Shown here: positions 47,136 through 56,972 of the stretch, in pieces
How positions within the stretch are numbered: position 1 is the stretch's first letter
Layout of the letters: every line of letters starts with the position of its first letter
Source: Opitutus sp. GAS368
GTDB taxonomy: Bacteria; Verrucomicrobiota; Verrucomicrobiia; Opitutales; Opitutaceae
DNA: 64,000 nucleotides
Direction of reading: 5' to 3'
Assembly: GCA_945861645.1 (NCBI GenBank)
Contig: CAMAVZ010000006.1
Span: 1 to 64,000 of the forward strand
Notes under the pieces: model-generated
What the model was told of the DNA's origin: nothing
The model's database searches: none
What the model saw: the letters and a program-made list of their open reading frames with translations, nothing else
Program-made: the position numbers and the translations under genes

Positions 47136-49559
47136 ATGGCCCGCTTTCGCCCCCGCCGCCGCACTTGGCTCATTTTAATCATCGGCCCCCTCCTGCTCGC
47201 TTTAGCCGCGCTTGCCTGGGGGCGCCGACAGATGCGGGGCAGCCTGGCCCAATTAGACGGCGTTCAAACCGTGAGCGGTCTCGCCGCGGCCGTCACTATC
47301 ACGCGCGATGCGCTAGGCGTACCCACGATTACTGGCGCTAGCCGCCGCGATGTCGCCCGTGCCACCGGCTTTGTCCATGCGCAGGATCGTTTTTTTCAAA
47401 TGGATCTTTTGCGGCGGCGGGGCGCCGGAGAATTAGCGGAACTCTTTGGCCGCGCCGCGCTCCCCCTCGATCAAGAGGCGCGACGCCACGGATTCCGGCG
47501 GACGGCGGCGCAAGTACTGGCCCAGGCGAATCCAGCGGATCGCGACTTACTGCGTGCTTACACGGCAGGTGTTAATGCCGGACTCACCGCCCTCGCCAAA
47601 ACACCGTGGGAATACCTGGCCCTTCGGCTCACCCCGCAGCCTTGGCGCGAAGAAGATTCGGTGCTTTGCATTTACGCCATGTGGTTTGACCTCCAAGACC
47701 ACAAAGGATCTTTCGAGCTTAACCGCGAAGCGTTGCGCGGAACCCTCGGCCAAGGGGCGCTCGATTTTCTCGCCCCGCGCGGCAACTCATGGGATGCCGC
47801 CTTGGATGGGAGTGTATTCCCCGTCGCGCCGCTACCGAAATTTGGTTTTAAACCTAACGGGACGCCGACGCGAAGCGCCCGTCAGGCGCCAGAACCTGAA
47901 TCGCGTTTCGTTCTCGGTTCTAATGCCTTTGCCGTCAGTGGCGCCCACACCGCCACCGGCGCCGCCCTCCTCGCGAACGATATGCACCTCGGCTTCGCTG
48001 TGCCGCACATTTGGTATCGCGCGGTATTACAGTGGACGGATGCAACCGGTCCGCGCCGCATCGTCGGGGTCACTTTACCCGGCACCCCGATCATGACTAT
48101 CGGCAGCAATGGCCATGTAGCTTGGGGCTTCACCGATGCCTACGCCGATACGACGGATGTCATCGTAACTGAAACTGAAGCCGTGGCGCAAACTTACTAC
48201 CGCACCCCGCATGGTTGGGCCGAAATCCAAGACCGGCGGGAAGAAATTAAAATGAAGGGCGAAAAATCGGTACCGTTTATTGCCCGTTGGACCGATTGGG
48301 GACCGATTATTGCGGGGCCCAAAGAGGGCCGCTACCTCGTCTTGCGTTGGACAGCGCACGATGCCGAGGCGACCAACCTCCGCCTGCGCGATATGGAAAC
48401 AGTGCGCACGACAACCGAAGCACTGGCCGTGGCGCACCAAGCTGGTTTACCCAATGAAAATATCCTGCTCGCTGACGCCGACGGACAAATTGCTTGGACC
48501 ATTATCGGTCGGGTTCCTCGGCGCGTGGGCTACGATGGCCGCTTGCCGGTCTCTTGGGCTTATGGGGACCGCCGCTGGGACGGCTGGCTAAAGCCCGAGG
48601 AAATCCCGGTCATCACGACGCAACCCCAAGGTCACGCCGCGGCTACCTTGGCAACTGAGGGAATTTTATGGTCGGGCAATAATCGCGCGGTCGGCGGCGC
48701 CGCTTACGCGCTACTGGGCGACAGCGGATATGATGATAGTCCCCGCGCTCGCCAGATTCGCGACGATCTCCGAGCGTTACTGGCCTCAGGAAAAAAAGCG
48801 ACCCCCGCCGATCTGCACGCGGTGCAACTCGATGATCGCGCGGTTTTCTTGGAACGCTGGCAGCAATTCTTTAATGAGGTGTTAACTGATGCGGTGATTG
48901 TCACCAATCCGGCCCTCGCTCAACTGCGCGCCACCGTGCGCCAATGGCAGGGGCATGCGAGCATTGACTCGGCCGCTTACCGGTTAGTTAAAAATTTTCG
49001 CGGCCACGTAGCGGAACGTGCGTTCGCACCATTCACCGAGCTCGCTGAAGCCAGCGACACTCCGTTTAATTACCGCAACTTTATGTTTGAAGACGCGCTC
49101 TGGCAATTAGTGCACGAGCAACCGGCCCGCTTACTCAATCCCGCGCATGCTTCTTGGTCAGCTCTGCTGCTGGCGGCCGCGAATGATGTCCTCGCTGACA
49201 CGCAAGCGGCCGGCCTAGCGTCAGCTGATTTCACCTGGGGCGAACGCAACCGCCTCGCCATGCAGCATCCCTTCAGCCGCATTCTGCCGGCATGGATCGC
49301 CCAATTCCTCAACCTTCCCGCGCAGCCGCTGCCGGGCGACAACGACATGCCGCGCGTGCAAAGTCCCCGCGCCGGCCAATCTGAACGGCTCGTGGTCTCG
49401 CCTGGCCGTGAGAGCGAAGGGATTTATACGATGCCGGGCGGCCAAAGCGGCCACCCGCTCTCTCCTTACTACCGCGCTGGTCATGAGGCGTGGGTGCGAG
49501 GCGAACCGACCCCATTACTACCCGGCCCGACCCAACACACCTTGATCCTGCAGCCCTGA
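47136..49559 (+). CDS. Penicillin/AHL acylase-family Ntn-hydrolase (peptidase S45)
   Basis: RDALGVPTI, HAQDRFFQMD, GSNAFAVSG (nucleophile Ser), LLANDMHL, PGGQSG. Confidence 0.93.
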   Translation: MARFRPRRRTWLILIIGPLLLALAALAWGRRQMRGSLAQLDGVQTVSGLAAAVTITRDALGVPTITGASRRDVARATGFVHAQDRFFQMDLLRRRGAGELAELFGRAALPLDQEARRHGFRRTAAQVLAQANPADRDLLRAYTAGVNAGLTALAKTPWEYLALRLTPQPWREEDSVLCIYAMWFDLQDHKGSFELNREALRGTLGQGALDFLAPRGNSWDAALDGSVFPVAPLPKFGFKPNGTPTRSARQAPEPESRFVLGSNAFAVSGAHTATGAALLANDMHLGFAVPHIWYRAVLQWTDATGPRRIVGVTLPGTPIMTIGSNGHVAWGFTDAYADTTDVIVTETEAVAQTYYRTPHGWAEIQDRREEIKMKGEKSVPFIARWTDWGPIIAGPKEGRYLVLRWTAHDAEATNLRLRDMETVRTTTEALAVAHQAGLPNENILLADADGQIAWTIIGRVPRRVGYDGRLPVSWAYGDRRWDGWLKPEEIPVITTQPQGHAAATLATEGILWSGNNRAVGGAAYALLGDSGYDDSPRARQIRDDLRALLASGKKATPADLHAVQLDDRAVFLERWQQFFNEVLTDAVIVTNPALAQLRATVRQWQGHASIDSAAYRLVKNFRGHVAERAFAPFTELAEASDTPFNYRNFMFEDALWQLVHEQPARLLNPAHASWSALLLAAANDVLADTQAAGLASADFTWGERNRLAMQHPFSRILPAWIAQFLNLPAQPLPGDNDMPRVQSPRAGQSERLVVSPGRESEGIYTMPGGQSGHPLSPYYRAGHEAWVRGEPTPLLPGPTQHTLILQP

Positions 49560-49620
49560 TATTTTTCTAATCATAGCAGAGCCTATCGCTAAATTACGGC
49601 GCCACTTTCCCCTCCCAACT

Positions 49621-50238
49621 ATGTCCCTCCACCTCCTGCCCCATCCGCTCGGCGCTCATGTGCTGACGCATTTGCGCGACCAGACGACTAAGCCCGCCCT
49701 TTTCCGCACCCTCAGTTATCAAATCTCTCTCCTCCTCGCGCTTGAGGCTACCCGCGATCTCGCCACGACGGATAAGCTGATCGCCACCCCCATGGAATCC
49801 ACCACCGGTCGCGTGCTCGCGAAGCCGCTGGTGATTGTTCCTATATTGCGCGCAGGCCTCGGGATGCTGCAGCCGTTTCACGATATCTTTCCTGATGTCT
49901 CGGTTGGCTACGTCGGCTTGGAGCGCGATCATCAGACGGCCGTGGCACGCAGTTATTATTGCAAGTTGCCGCCCCTCACCGCCGCGCGCGTCCTCGTCGT
50001 TGACCCGATGCTGGCGACGGGTGGTTCTGCGGTGCAGGCGATTGATATCGTCAAGGCGGCCGGCGGCACAGAAATTATTTTTGTCTGCATCGTCGCTTCA
50101 CCTGAGGGGGTTGCCACTTTACAAAAAGCGCACCCAGAAATTCCCATTCACGCCGGCGCCCTTGATCGTGAGCTTAACCAAAAAAAATATATTCTCCCAG
50201 GCTTAGGAGATTTTGGCGATCGCCTCTACGGCACCTGA
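49621..50238 (+). CDS. upp: Uracil phosphoribosyltransferase
   Basis: PILRAG, VDPMLATGGS, YILPGLGDFGDRLYGT. Confidence 0.96.
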   Translation: MSLHLLPHPLGAHVLTHLRDQTTKPALFRTLSYQISLLLALEATRDLATTDKLIATPMESTTGRVLAKPLVIVPILRAGLGMLQPFHDIFPDVSVGYVGLERDHQTAVARSYYCKLPPLTAARVLVVDPMLATGGSAVQAIDIVKAAGGTEIIFVCIVASPEGVATLQKAHPEIPIHAGALDRELNQKKYILPGLGDFGDRLYGT

Positions 50239-50260
50239 CTCCGCGGCGTAAAAAATTCCG

Positions 50261-51055
50261 ATGAAGACGATTATGGTGCTCTCCCTCTGGTTGGCTTGCG
50301 GCCGCATGGTGACCGCCGCCGAGACGCAAACGGCCGAATCGTTCCACCGCACGATTACCAAAAAGGTTGGTTACGAATATCTGCTAGCTCTCCCTAGCGG
50401 ATATGATCCCGCCGCAGATAAAATGTGGCCGTTAATTATTTTTTTACACGGTTCCGGCGAGCGCGGTACCGACCTCTGGTTAGTGGCTAAACATGGTCCG
50501 CCCAAAATCCTGCGCGGAGAGCCCACGGCCCCGCACCTCAACGAGGCCGCCCGTAGGCTTCTCCGGACGCAATTTATCGTCGTCTCACCGCAGGGTCCGC
50601 CAGGAAAATCCTGGGACGACGATACGGTCGTGGCACTGCTCGATGCCGTGACCGAGCGCTATAAAGTTGATCCCCAGCGCAGCTACCTCACCGGATTGAG
50701 CCTCGGCGGCTACGGCACTTGGAGCGTGGGCCTCAAATATCCGGAGCGCTTTGCGGCGATCGTGCCGATTTGTGGCGGCGGCCAGCCCGTCGATGCCTGG
50801 CGATCAGCCGAGGCCAAAAGATCTAGCCTGCTGAGTTTGGGCATCTGGGCTTTTCATGGAGCTAAGGATACCAGCGTGCCGCTGGCGGAATCAGAGCGCA
50901 TGATCGCTACACTTAAGTCCGTGGGCCTAGCCGAGACGAAGCTCACCATTTACCCTGAAGCGGGCCATGATTCTTGGACCGAAAGCTACGCCGATCCGGA
51001 GCTCTATGCGTGGCTGCTCCGTCATCGCCGCGCGCCGCCGCCGATTATTCCTTAA
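50261..51055 (+). CDS. Exported alpha/beta hydrolase (phospholipase/carboxylesterase-like)
   Basis: FLHGSGERG, GLSLGG, FHGAKD, GHDSW. Confidence 0.88.
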   Translation: MKTIMVLSLWLACGRMVTAAETQTAESFHRTITKKVGYEYLLALPSGYDPAADKMWPLIIFLHGSGERGTDLWLVAKHGPPKILRGEPTAPHLNEAARRLLRTQFIVVSPQGPPGKSWDDDTVVALLDAVTERYKVDPQRSYLTGLSLGGYGTWSVGLKYPERFAAIVPICGGGQPVDAWRSAEAKRSSLLSLGIWAFHGAKDTSVPLAESERMIATLKSVGLAETKLTIYPEAGHDSWTESYADPELYAWLLRHRRAPPPIIP

Positions 51056-51075
51056 TTAACTTCGGCCGGCCGCGC

Positions 51076-52530
51076 TTACGTCGCCGCCGCCGGAACCACA
51101 AACGGGGCCCGATACTGGCGCGTCAAAAGAGCATTCGCCGCCGCCGCCTCTGGGCCGATAAAGCGTTCGCGCTTGGGGTCGATGGCCAGCGGCACCCCGA
51201 GGGTGAGTGACGCCTTTGCTAGGTCGACTTGGTTGCTCGCCAAATGCTCGACCATTCGACCGTGAGCCTCCGTGAGCAACGGCTGGCCCTGTAGCTTAGC
51301 CCGCGCCTCGCCGGCGACGACACTCTGGCCGAGTTGGTGAGAAATGTTACCAAGATGACAAAGCGAGCTGGAAACATGCGCCTCCTCGAGGGGCCCATAA
51401 AGTTCCGCGGTCTTACGACTGCGCACGACATCGATAAAATTCTGCATCAAGCGGTCCGTGCCCTTGAACTCTTTCAGTAAGCGCCCATTCAAATCGTAGG
51501 CGGAAGCAGTAAAATAGGAGTCACTGACGATGTAGCCGTGTTCGCAATCAATCACGTTGCCGATCGAGACTCCCCGATATTTATCCATCGCGGCGCCATC
51601 GGCCCCCGGCAAGCCGCGCACCTCAAAAATTAAGGGAGCCGTCGCATAATCGTGAATGACAATTTGGGTATTGGGCGTCTGGCCATCGTCAATATAACCC
51701 AGCCGACCGCCCACGCTGAGGGTGTGCCGCGGCAACCCAGCCTCGCCGAGGAACCAGCGCGCTATATCCATTTGGTGAATGCCTTGATTGCCAACGTCGC
51801 CATTGCCGTAGGCCCAGAACCAATGCCAGTCGTAATGCACGGGCCCATTTTTGGCCGAATTGCGCTGCGGCGCGATCAAAGGCGCCGGACCAGACCAGAG
51901 ATCATAATTGATGTTGGCCGGGATGGCTTGTGGTCCCGTCACCTGGCCCAGGCTCGGGCGGCGCTTGTAACAAAAACCGCGTGCCGCAGTGACCTTGCCC
52001 AACTGACCTGACCGCACATAGGCGACTGCTTCAATGAGGCCCTCACTGGAACGAATCTGCGTGCCCGCTTGCACCACGCGCCGAGACTGATTGGCGGCAG
52101 CCACAAATTGTCGCCCCTCCCAGATATTGTGCGAAATCGGCTTCTCCATGTACACGTCCTTGCCCGCTTGGCAGGCCCAAATTCCCATGAGGGCATGCCA
52201 GTGGTTAGGCGTCGCCACCGAGATGACGTCAATATCGGGCGCCGCGAGTAACTCGCGAAAATCGGTGTAAGTTTTAATGCCCGCGCCTAACTCCTGCGCA
52301 TTTTTTCTCAGGACCATAGCATCAACATCGCACAGGGCGACGACGCGTACGCCGGGAACGGCATTAAGGTTTTTTACGTGCGACCGGCCGCGGCCATTGA
52401 GCCCCACCACGGCTGCGCGGATCGTATGATTAGCGCCTACCACCTGACCCCATGAGCGGGCAGATAAGGCCGCGCCGGCGGCCGCGAGCGTGGTGGTTTT
52501 TAGAAAATTACGTCGAGTAAGAAAGTGCAT
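51076..52530 (-). CDS. Tat-exported Gfo/Idh/MocA oxidoreductase
   Basis: TRRNFL signal, GLNGRG, ATPNHWH, EKP, GNQGIHQMD. Confidence 0.92.
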   Translation of the reverse strand: MHFLTRRNFLKTTTLAAAGAALSARSWGQVVGANHTIRAAVVGLNGRGRSHVKNLNAVPGVRVVALCDVDAMVLRKNAQELGAGIKTYTDFRELLAAPDIDVISVATPNHWHALMGIWACQAGKDVYMEKPISHNIWEGRQFVAAANQSRRVVQAGTQIRSSEGLIEAVAYVRSGQLGKVTAARGFCYKRRPSLGQVTGPQAIPANINYDLWSGPAPLIAPQRNSAKNGPVHYDWHWFWAYGNGDVGNQGIHQMDIARWFLGEAGLPRHTLSVGGRLGYIDDGQTPNTQIVIHDYATAPLIFEVRGLPGADGAAMDKYRGVSIGNVIDCEHGYIVSDSYFTASAYDLNGRLLKEFKGTDRLMQNFIDVVRSRKTAELYGPLEEAHVSSSLCHLGNISHQLGQSVVAGEARAKLQGQPLLTEAHGRMVEHLASNQVDLAKASLTLGVPLAIDPKRERFIGPEAAAANALLTRQYRAPFVVPAAAT

Positions 52531-52547
52531 AGGGTGGGATTTTAAAA

Positions 52548-53558
52548 TTATTGGCCGGCCGCATATTCGGCGTAATGGGCAGCGACTTGTGCCTCGGTTT
52601 CATTACCGAGATGGAAATAAAAACGATAACGTAATGTTAAGTGGCCGCCAGCGGGGATGGTATAATCACCAAGATGAGGTTGATCTTTACGTCCCTCAAA
52701 ATCGTGTTGGCCAAAAGGATTAGCCGCAAACAGACCGTAGCCCCGCGCCATCCACCAGGTAGGGTGACGCAAATTTTGCGGATGATCAAAGATGGCGACG
52801 CCATAAACTTTGCCGGCATGAGGAGCGTAAAAATCGCACCACGGCGCGCGTTGACCCCACGCGGCGGCATCGCGCGCCCCCGTCGCAGCGACAATGTGGC
52901 CATTACCGGGGAGCTGGCGCTTCTCGTACTGGTGCGGCAGCGTCATCCATTGCGCGAGCCGAATGGCCATCGTACCGTCTTTGTTGTCACCCAATAACAG
53001 CGGCGCATCCGGCAGGGCCTGCAACGTAACCTCGTAGTCGATAAATCTTCCCGACGCCGTGCCGTGAAAACGCAGCGTCCGCTCATCGCGACAAATTAAC
53101 CGGCCATCGGGTGCCACCAAATGGTTTCGCGCGCGCAGCACACCGATCGCTCCACTGGTCGTCTCGACCAAACCGACCGACACGGTCCGCCCTTTTTCTT
53201 TGGGTGATTTACCCATATCGCCCCCAGCTTCATTCCAAAAATCAACCCCGTTGACCATGCTATGCGCAAACCACAAGGAGCGGTGCCATGGATGATCACG
53301 GTCCTCCCCCGGCGTTTGCTTCATGGGAAAATCGCGCGTCAGCCCCTGACCATCAACCGCAAGAATTGGATAACAATAGGGCCGCGAGGCCCCATCACCG
53401 TGGACGTATTCGGTGAAGAGCTGGCCCGCTATTTCTACCCGTACGCGATCGGGCAAAGCAGTCAGCGTTACCACTTGCGCCGGCTCGGCGCCCAACAAGC
53501 AGGCGGGCGATAAACTCAAGCCAGCCAATAACACAAGCAGGGGTAACCAGTGTTTCAT
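52548..53558 (-). CDS. DUF6807 ('PmoA-like') exported protein
   Basis: Signal peptide; DHPWHRSLWF, DHPQN, WMARGYGLFAANPF. Confidence 0.75.
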   Translation of the reverse strand: MKHWLPLLVLLAGLSLSPACLLGAEPAQVVTLTALPDRVRVEIAGQLFTEYVHGDGASRPYCYPILAVDGQGLTRDFPMKQTPGEDRDHPWHRSLWFAHSMVNGVDFWNEAGGDMGKSPKEKGRTVSVGLVETTSGAIGVLRARNHLVAPDGRLICRDERTLRFHGTASGRFIDYEVTLQALPDAPLLLGDNKDGTMAIRLAQWMTLPHQYEKRQLPGNGHIVAATGARDAAAWGQRAPWCDFYAPHAGKVYGVAIFDHPQNLRHPTWWMARGYGLFAANPFGQHDFEGRKDQPHLGDYTIPAGGHLTLRYRFYFHLGNETEAQVAAHYAEYAAGQ

Positions 53559-53695
53559 CACCTCACGCAAATGTGCCGTGGCCTGCGCCGCAACGGCAAA
53601 GCACCGCAAGCGTTACAACTGCCTAGACCGCAATTCATGAGGGCCGTCCATTTTTTCGTGTTCAACAAGGCAATTCACAGGCAAATTCCTCTCGT

Positions 53696-54589
53696 ATGAT
53701 TATTGAGCGCCCAGGTCTGATCGTAGCCGACGGCTGGAAAGACTACCAATTGCTTGATTGTGGCCAAGGGATGAAACACGAGCAGTGGGGTCCTTATACT
53801 TTGGTGCGGCCCGATCCGCAGATTATTTGGCCGCGCCCGAGTAAACAGGCTCGCTGGGAAAATTGGGACGGCTTTTACCACCGCAGTGAAACCGGCGGCG
53901 GCAAATGGGAATTTCGCCAGAAATTACCCGAGCACTGGAGCATCAACTATGGCACCCTGACTTTTAAGATTCATCCCACCAGCTTTAAACATACCGGTCT
54001 TTTCCCAGAACAGGCCGTTAATTGGGACTGGTTTACTGCAAAAATTAAAGCGGCGCGCGCCGCCGGTCGCGAAGTCAACGTTCTCAATCTTTTTGGTTAC
54101 ACCGGGGCCGCCACGATCGCCGCCGCGGCCGCGGGCGCCAGTGTCTGCCACGTCGATGCGGCCGAAGGCATGGTTAAATGGTGCAAAGAAAATGCGGTGC
54201 TCTCCGGCCTCGCGGATGCGCCCATCCGCTACATTACGGATGATTGCCTCAAATTTGTCCGCCGCGAAATCAAACGGGGCCGCAAATATGATGCGATCAT
54301 TATGGATCCGCCCACTTACGGACGGGGTAGCACGGGAGAAATGTGGAAGCTCGAGGATCATCTCTGGGAGTTGCTCAATGAGTGTAAACAAGTTCTCAGT
54401 GACCAACCGGTGTTCTTTCTGATCAACGCCTATACCGCTCGGCTTTCCCCCACCGTCGTCGTTAATCTACTCGCCGCCTTGCTGGCCGGTGCCGGCGGCC
54501 ATCTTTCGGGGGGCGAAGTCGGGCTACCCGTTCAGCAAGATAAGAAAATTTTGCCGTGCGGCATCTTCGGCCGCTGGTCAGCCCAGTGA
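53696..54589 (+). CDS. Class I SAM-dependent methyltransferase (RlmI/RlmK-like)
   Basis: HTGLFPEQ, LNLFGYTG, DPPTYG. Confidence 0.9.
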   Translation: MIIERPGLIVADGWKDYQLLDCGQGMKHEQWGPYTLVRPDPQIIWPRPSKQARWENWDGFYHRSETGGGKWEFRQKLPEHWSINYGTLTFKIHPTSFKHTGLFPEQAVNWDWFTAKIKAARAAGREVNVLNLFGYTGAATIAAAAAGASVCHVDAAEGMVKWCKENAVLSGLADAPIRYITDDCLKFVRREIKRGRKYDAIIMDPPTYGRGSTGEMWKLEDHLWELLNECKQVLSDQPVFFLINAYTARLSPTVVVNLLAALLAGAGGHLSGGEVGLPVQQDKKILPCGIFGRWSAQ

Positions 54590-55515
54590 GCCCACCTTGC
54601 AAAATTGGGGTCGATGGTGGTGGCACTAAGACCGAGTGCATTCTGCTTAATGCGGAAGGGGCCATCATAGCCCAACACCTTGCGCCCGGTTGCAACCCTA
54701 GCCAAATTGGGCCGGCGTCCGCGCGGGCAATCTTAACCGAAGCCCTCGCCGCCCTATTGCTCAAAGCAAAAGCCGGCCAAGCCTCCCTTACCGTCACGAG
54801 TACATTACTTTGCATGGCGGGGAATCGAACTTTCTGGCGAGAAACTGCCGATACTTTAACTAACCTCGGTGTAATCACGACCTGCGATGATTCGCGGCCT
54901 GTCCTTGAACTTGCCACGCACGGCGCGCCGGGGCTCGCTCTCCACGCTGGCACCGGTTCTTTTATTGCCGCCCGCGCCCCCGATGGATCGATTCACTATG
55001 CCGGTGGCCTCGGCTGGAAATTGGGCGACCCCAGTAGCGGCTATGATCTCGGTCGCCGGGCGATCGCTTTAGCCATGCTGGAACTACAAAATCCACCGCC
55101 GGCCACTGGGCTTAAATATTCACCGCTCGTTACCGCCTTGCAGGCGCACACCGGATTAACGACGGCCTCTGATCACTCGCTTTTCTTTTATAACGATCCG
55201 GCGGCCAACGCCCAAATTGCCGCCTTCGCTCCGCTGGTTATCGCGCTAGCCACTCAAGATTGTGGACCTGCTCAACAAGTGCTCGCTGACTCCCTCACTG
55301 ATCTCGCGCGCCAAGCTGATGCCGTGATTCACCAACTTTTCCCGCAACCGATTACTAAACTTCCTTGCGGTGTCAGTGGCCGCATCCTCAACAGCGTCCC
55401 CGCCAGCTTCGCCCTGCGTTCACTCGCGAGTAAACTTAATTGGCCGGTGGAATTACAATTTATCACGACCGCTCCGATCGAGGGCGTGCGGCAGATGCTG
55501 CTGGCTGGGCGCTAA
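54586..55515 (+). CDS. BadF/BadG/BcrA/BcrD-family (GlcNAc kinase-like) ATPase
   Basis: GVDGGGTKT, AGTGS, GGLGWKLGDPSSG; GTG start overlapping the upstream stop. Confidence 0.85.
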   Translation: MSPPCKIGVDGGGTKTECILLNAEGAIIAQHLAPGCNPSQIGPASARAILTEALAALLLKAKAGQASLTVTSTLLCMAGNRTFWRETADTLTNLGVITTCDDSRPVLELATHGAPGLALHAGTGSFIAARAPDGSIHYAGGLGWKLGDPSSGYDLGRRAIALAMLELQNPPPATGLKYSPLVTALQAHTGLTTASDHSLFFYNDPAANAQIAAFAPLVIALATQDCGPAQQVLADSLTDLARQADAVIHQLFPQPITKLPCGVSGRILNSVPASFALRSLASKLNWPVELQFITTAPIEGVRQMLLAGR

Positions 55516-55535
55516 TTTCTTATCACCCTAATCGC

Positions 55536-55952
55536 ATGTGGTGGCTCTATGCACTTCTTTCGGCGGGGTTCGCGGCCCTCACCGCTCTCTTGGCTAAAGT
55601 TGGCGTGCGCGGCGTCGATTCCCACGTGGCTACCGCTGTCCGAACAACCGTGGTGCTCGTCCTCGCCTGGGGCCTGGTTGCGCTGCAAGGTAATCTCAGC
55701 CTAGTCGCTGGCCTCTCGCGCACCTCCCTTTGGTTTTTATTTTTTTCCGGCGCCGCCACCGGAATTTCTTGGTTATTTTATTTCCGCGCCCTGCAACTCG
55801 GCCCCGTTTCGCTCGTCAGTGCGGTAGATAAACTGAGCTTAGTTTTCGTCCTACTTTTTGCTGTATTACTTTTTAAAGAGCCCCTCAGCCTGCGCGCGGC
55901 GGTAGGATGCGGCTTAATTTTGCTCGGCACCGCCCTGGTGGTGTGGCCGTGA
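55536..55952 (+). CDS. Single-domain EamA transporter
   Basis: ALLSAGFAALTALLAKVG, YFRALQLG, DKLS. Confidence 0.9.
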   Translation: MWWLYALLSAGFAALTALLAKVGVRGVDSHVATAVRTTVVLVLAWGLVALQGNLSLVAGLSRTSLWFLFFSGAATGISWLFYFRALQLGPVSLVSAVDKLSLVFVLLFAVLLFKEPLSLRAAVGCGLILLGTALVVWP

Positions 55953-56860
55953 ACTCGCTCGCTGCCAGTTACTCGGTCCTCGAGGTAGCCGACTGGGGCA
56001 AGCGCCGCGCCCTCCACGAGCAGCGGGTGCGTGCGTGGACCGACCCGCACCAAGCCCGAACCGCGCGCGGTGAAAAACATCCGGTCTACGATTTTCTTTT
56101 CGAATACTATCGGTTTCGCGCCAGCTGGCTGCGGCGCTGGCATCCCGGACCTCACTTTGTACTCGCTGGTGCAACCGCGCAGGAATTTCTTCGCTGGCCA
56201 GAATATCACGCAGTCGAGGGCGGCGTAGCCCTCAACGCCGCCGCCCTCGAACCCCACCGACGCGAGAGCTTAACCTGGATGGTTAACCTGCTGCGGCTCA
56301 CGGCGGAGCGGCCGCCCCAATTCGCCTGCTTCGGCCTCCACGAGTGGGCGATGGTGTACCGGCAGACCCCTGACGAAGTGCGGCACAATGCCTGGCCCTT
56401 GCGCTTTCCACCCAACGAACTCGCCCGCTTCGTCGAGGCTCAACCGATCTGCTGCTCCCATTACGATGCCTTCCGTTTTTTCACCACCCCTGCGCGGTCG
56501 CTGAATAAATTACAGCCGACGCGCGCGGAAACCTCGGGGTTTGAACAGCGGGGCTGTCTGCATGCGAATATGGATCTCTATAAATGGGCCTTTAAATTCG
56601 CCCCGTTTATCCCGAGCGAACTGATCGCTGACTGCTTTGCGCTCGCGCGCGACATCCGCGAAATCGATATGCGCGCCAGTCCCTACGACTTCGCGCCACT
56701 CGGTTTCCCCCCTATCCGCATTGAAACTCCGGATGGCCGGACCGAATACGAGACCCACCAACGTGATTTCGCCACCCGCAGCCAACCGCTGCGGGCGCGA
56801 CTGATCGCAATAGGTGCATATTTGGCAGAAGCGAGTAGCCCGGCGCCTCGGTCAGTATAA
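55949..56860 (+). CDS. Conserved protein often labelled '3-methyladenine DNA glycosylase' (function unverified)
   Basis: KHPVYDFLFEYY, CFGLHEWAMVY, CSHYDAFRFF, GCLHANMDLYKW, DMRASPYD; GTG start overlapping the EamA stop. Confidence 0.8.
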   Translation: MNSLAASYSVLEVADWGKRRALHEQRVRAWTDPHQARTARGEKHPVYDFLFEYYRFRASWLRRWHPGPHFVLAGATAQEFLRWPEYHAVEGGVALNAAALEPHRRESLTWMVNLLRLTAERPPQFACFGLHEWAMVYRQTPDEVRHNAWPLRFPPNELARFVEAQPICCSHYDAFRFFTTPARSLNKLQPTRAETSGFEQRGCLHANMDLYKWAFKFAPFIPSELIADCFALARDIREIDMRASPYDFAPLGFPPIRIETPDGRTEYETHQRDFATRSQPLRARLIAIGAYLAEASSPAPRSV

Positions 56861-56972
56861 AGTCACTCAATTTCGCCCCAGGCCCATTTGATCGGCCTGC
56901 TTCCATAAAAAAGGTGGAACTCGCTCAGCTATTTCTCTTTGGTTTATTTATAACCCCTGCCCCTCCCTCCCC

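Noticed and set aside
52548-53558. Particulate methane monooxygenase subunit
   Set aside because: Soluble exported protein, and no pmoC/pmoB nearby.
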